Shown: positions 63,507 to 64,000 of the stretch, piece by piece
Numbering within the stretch: position 1 is the stretch's first letter
Layout: every line of letters starts with the position of its first letter
Source of the DNA: Kiritimatiellia bacterium
GTDB lineage: Bacteria; Verrucomicrobiota; Kiritimatiellia; RFP12; UBA1067
DNA length: 64,000 bases
Direction of reading: 5' to 3'
NCBI GenBank assembly: GCA_050949565.1
Contig: JBMNFY010000001.1
Location: 226,033-290,032 of the forward strand
Notes under the pieces: generated by a model
Databases searched by the model: none
What the model saw: the letters and a program-made list of their open reading frames with translations, nothing else
What the model was told of the DNA's origin: nothing
Translations under genes and position numbers: made by a program

Positions 63507-64000
63507 ATGATGCCTAAAATCAATCTTCAGCGTTTGATCCAAACCATGATGTTGTTTGCCTTTTTTTCGGTGATGCTTGCCCATGGTCAAACAGCTACGC
63601 ATTCCTGTGGGGAATATTACATCTCTCCGGGAACGATTACGGTTACCAATACGTTTAGCTATCCGACCGGAACAACGCTAAAGCAGTTGTCTTGGTACGT
63701 ATATGTCCCGACTGGATGGACGCAGACAAATGTTCAAGGGGACGGAAAACCGATGTTGGATGGCCAGGGCTTTATCGGATTTACAGAAGGAAACTATACA
63801 AGCCCGGTTGTTTTCACGTATGATCTGATCGTCCCGGCCGGATACACCGGCCCTACAAACATCGTCGCATATTACACTGACAACGTCACAGGCGGTTTCG
63901 GGAATATATGGAATTTGGTAACTCCTGTTTCGTTGGACCTCAACCAAAACATCGCGCCGAGTATCAGCGGACGGTATGTACTGAATGCGTGGCGGACCTC
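63507..64000 (+). CDS. 5' part of a third secreted protein that begins with the shared module (not in the ORF track; truncated by the window)
   Basis: SD AAGGAG at 63494; MMPKINLQ..signal..ATHSCGEYYISPGTITVTNTFSYPTGTTLKQLSWYVYVPTGWTQTNVQGDGKP...SPVVFTYDLIVPAG; frame is open to the end. Confidence 0.8.
   Translation, partial: MMPKINLQRLIQTMMLFAFFSVMLAHGQTATHSCGEYYISPGTITVTNTFSYPTGTTLKQLSWYVYVPTGWTQTNVQGDGKPMLDGQGFIGFTEGNYTSPVVFTYDLIVPAGYTGPTNIVAYYTDNVTGGFGNIWNLVTPVSLDLNQNIAPSISGRYVLNAWRT

Overview
GC-rich bacterial DNA whose gene content and protein style suggest the PVC group (probably Kiritimatiellae/Lentisphaerae; inferred, not proven). Bases 1-42,000 carry transport, carbohydrate and core genes (peptide ABC-binding protein, a 1,404-aa GH13, RRM protein, MFS, OYE, ybaK, tonB-exbD-exbB, kdsD, ctpA, tsaD, BatA/vWA pair). 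Accessory cassettes sit between them: a frameshifted XhoI/PaeR7I-type R-M system, a BglII/BstYI-type R-M system, a Fic gene, and an IS5-family element nested in a MITE-like element. The intergenic spaces hold mosaics of several REP-like palindrome families. From 42.7 kb an atypical NarL-type regulator lacking its phospho-Asp precedes an operon of very large secreted proteins: a ~5,000-aa beta-helix protein, a ~1,510-aa scaffold-like protein, and a third gene running off the window that is missing from the ORF track. All three share a repeated ~105-aa module, and the first two carry a duplicated dockerin-like Ca-binding module. This is the best candidate for an undescribed cohesin/dockerin-like surface assembly system. 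The giant genes contain several single-base indels, mostly insertions, that look like sequencing errors. No tRNA, rRNA or CRISPR array was recognised.
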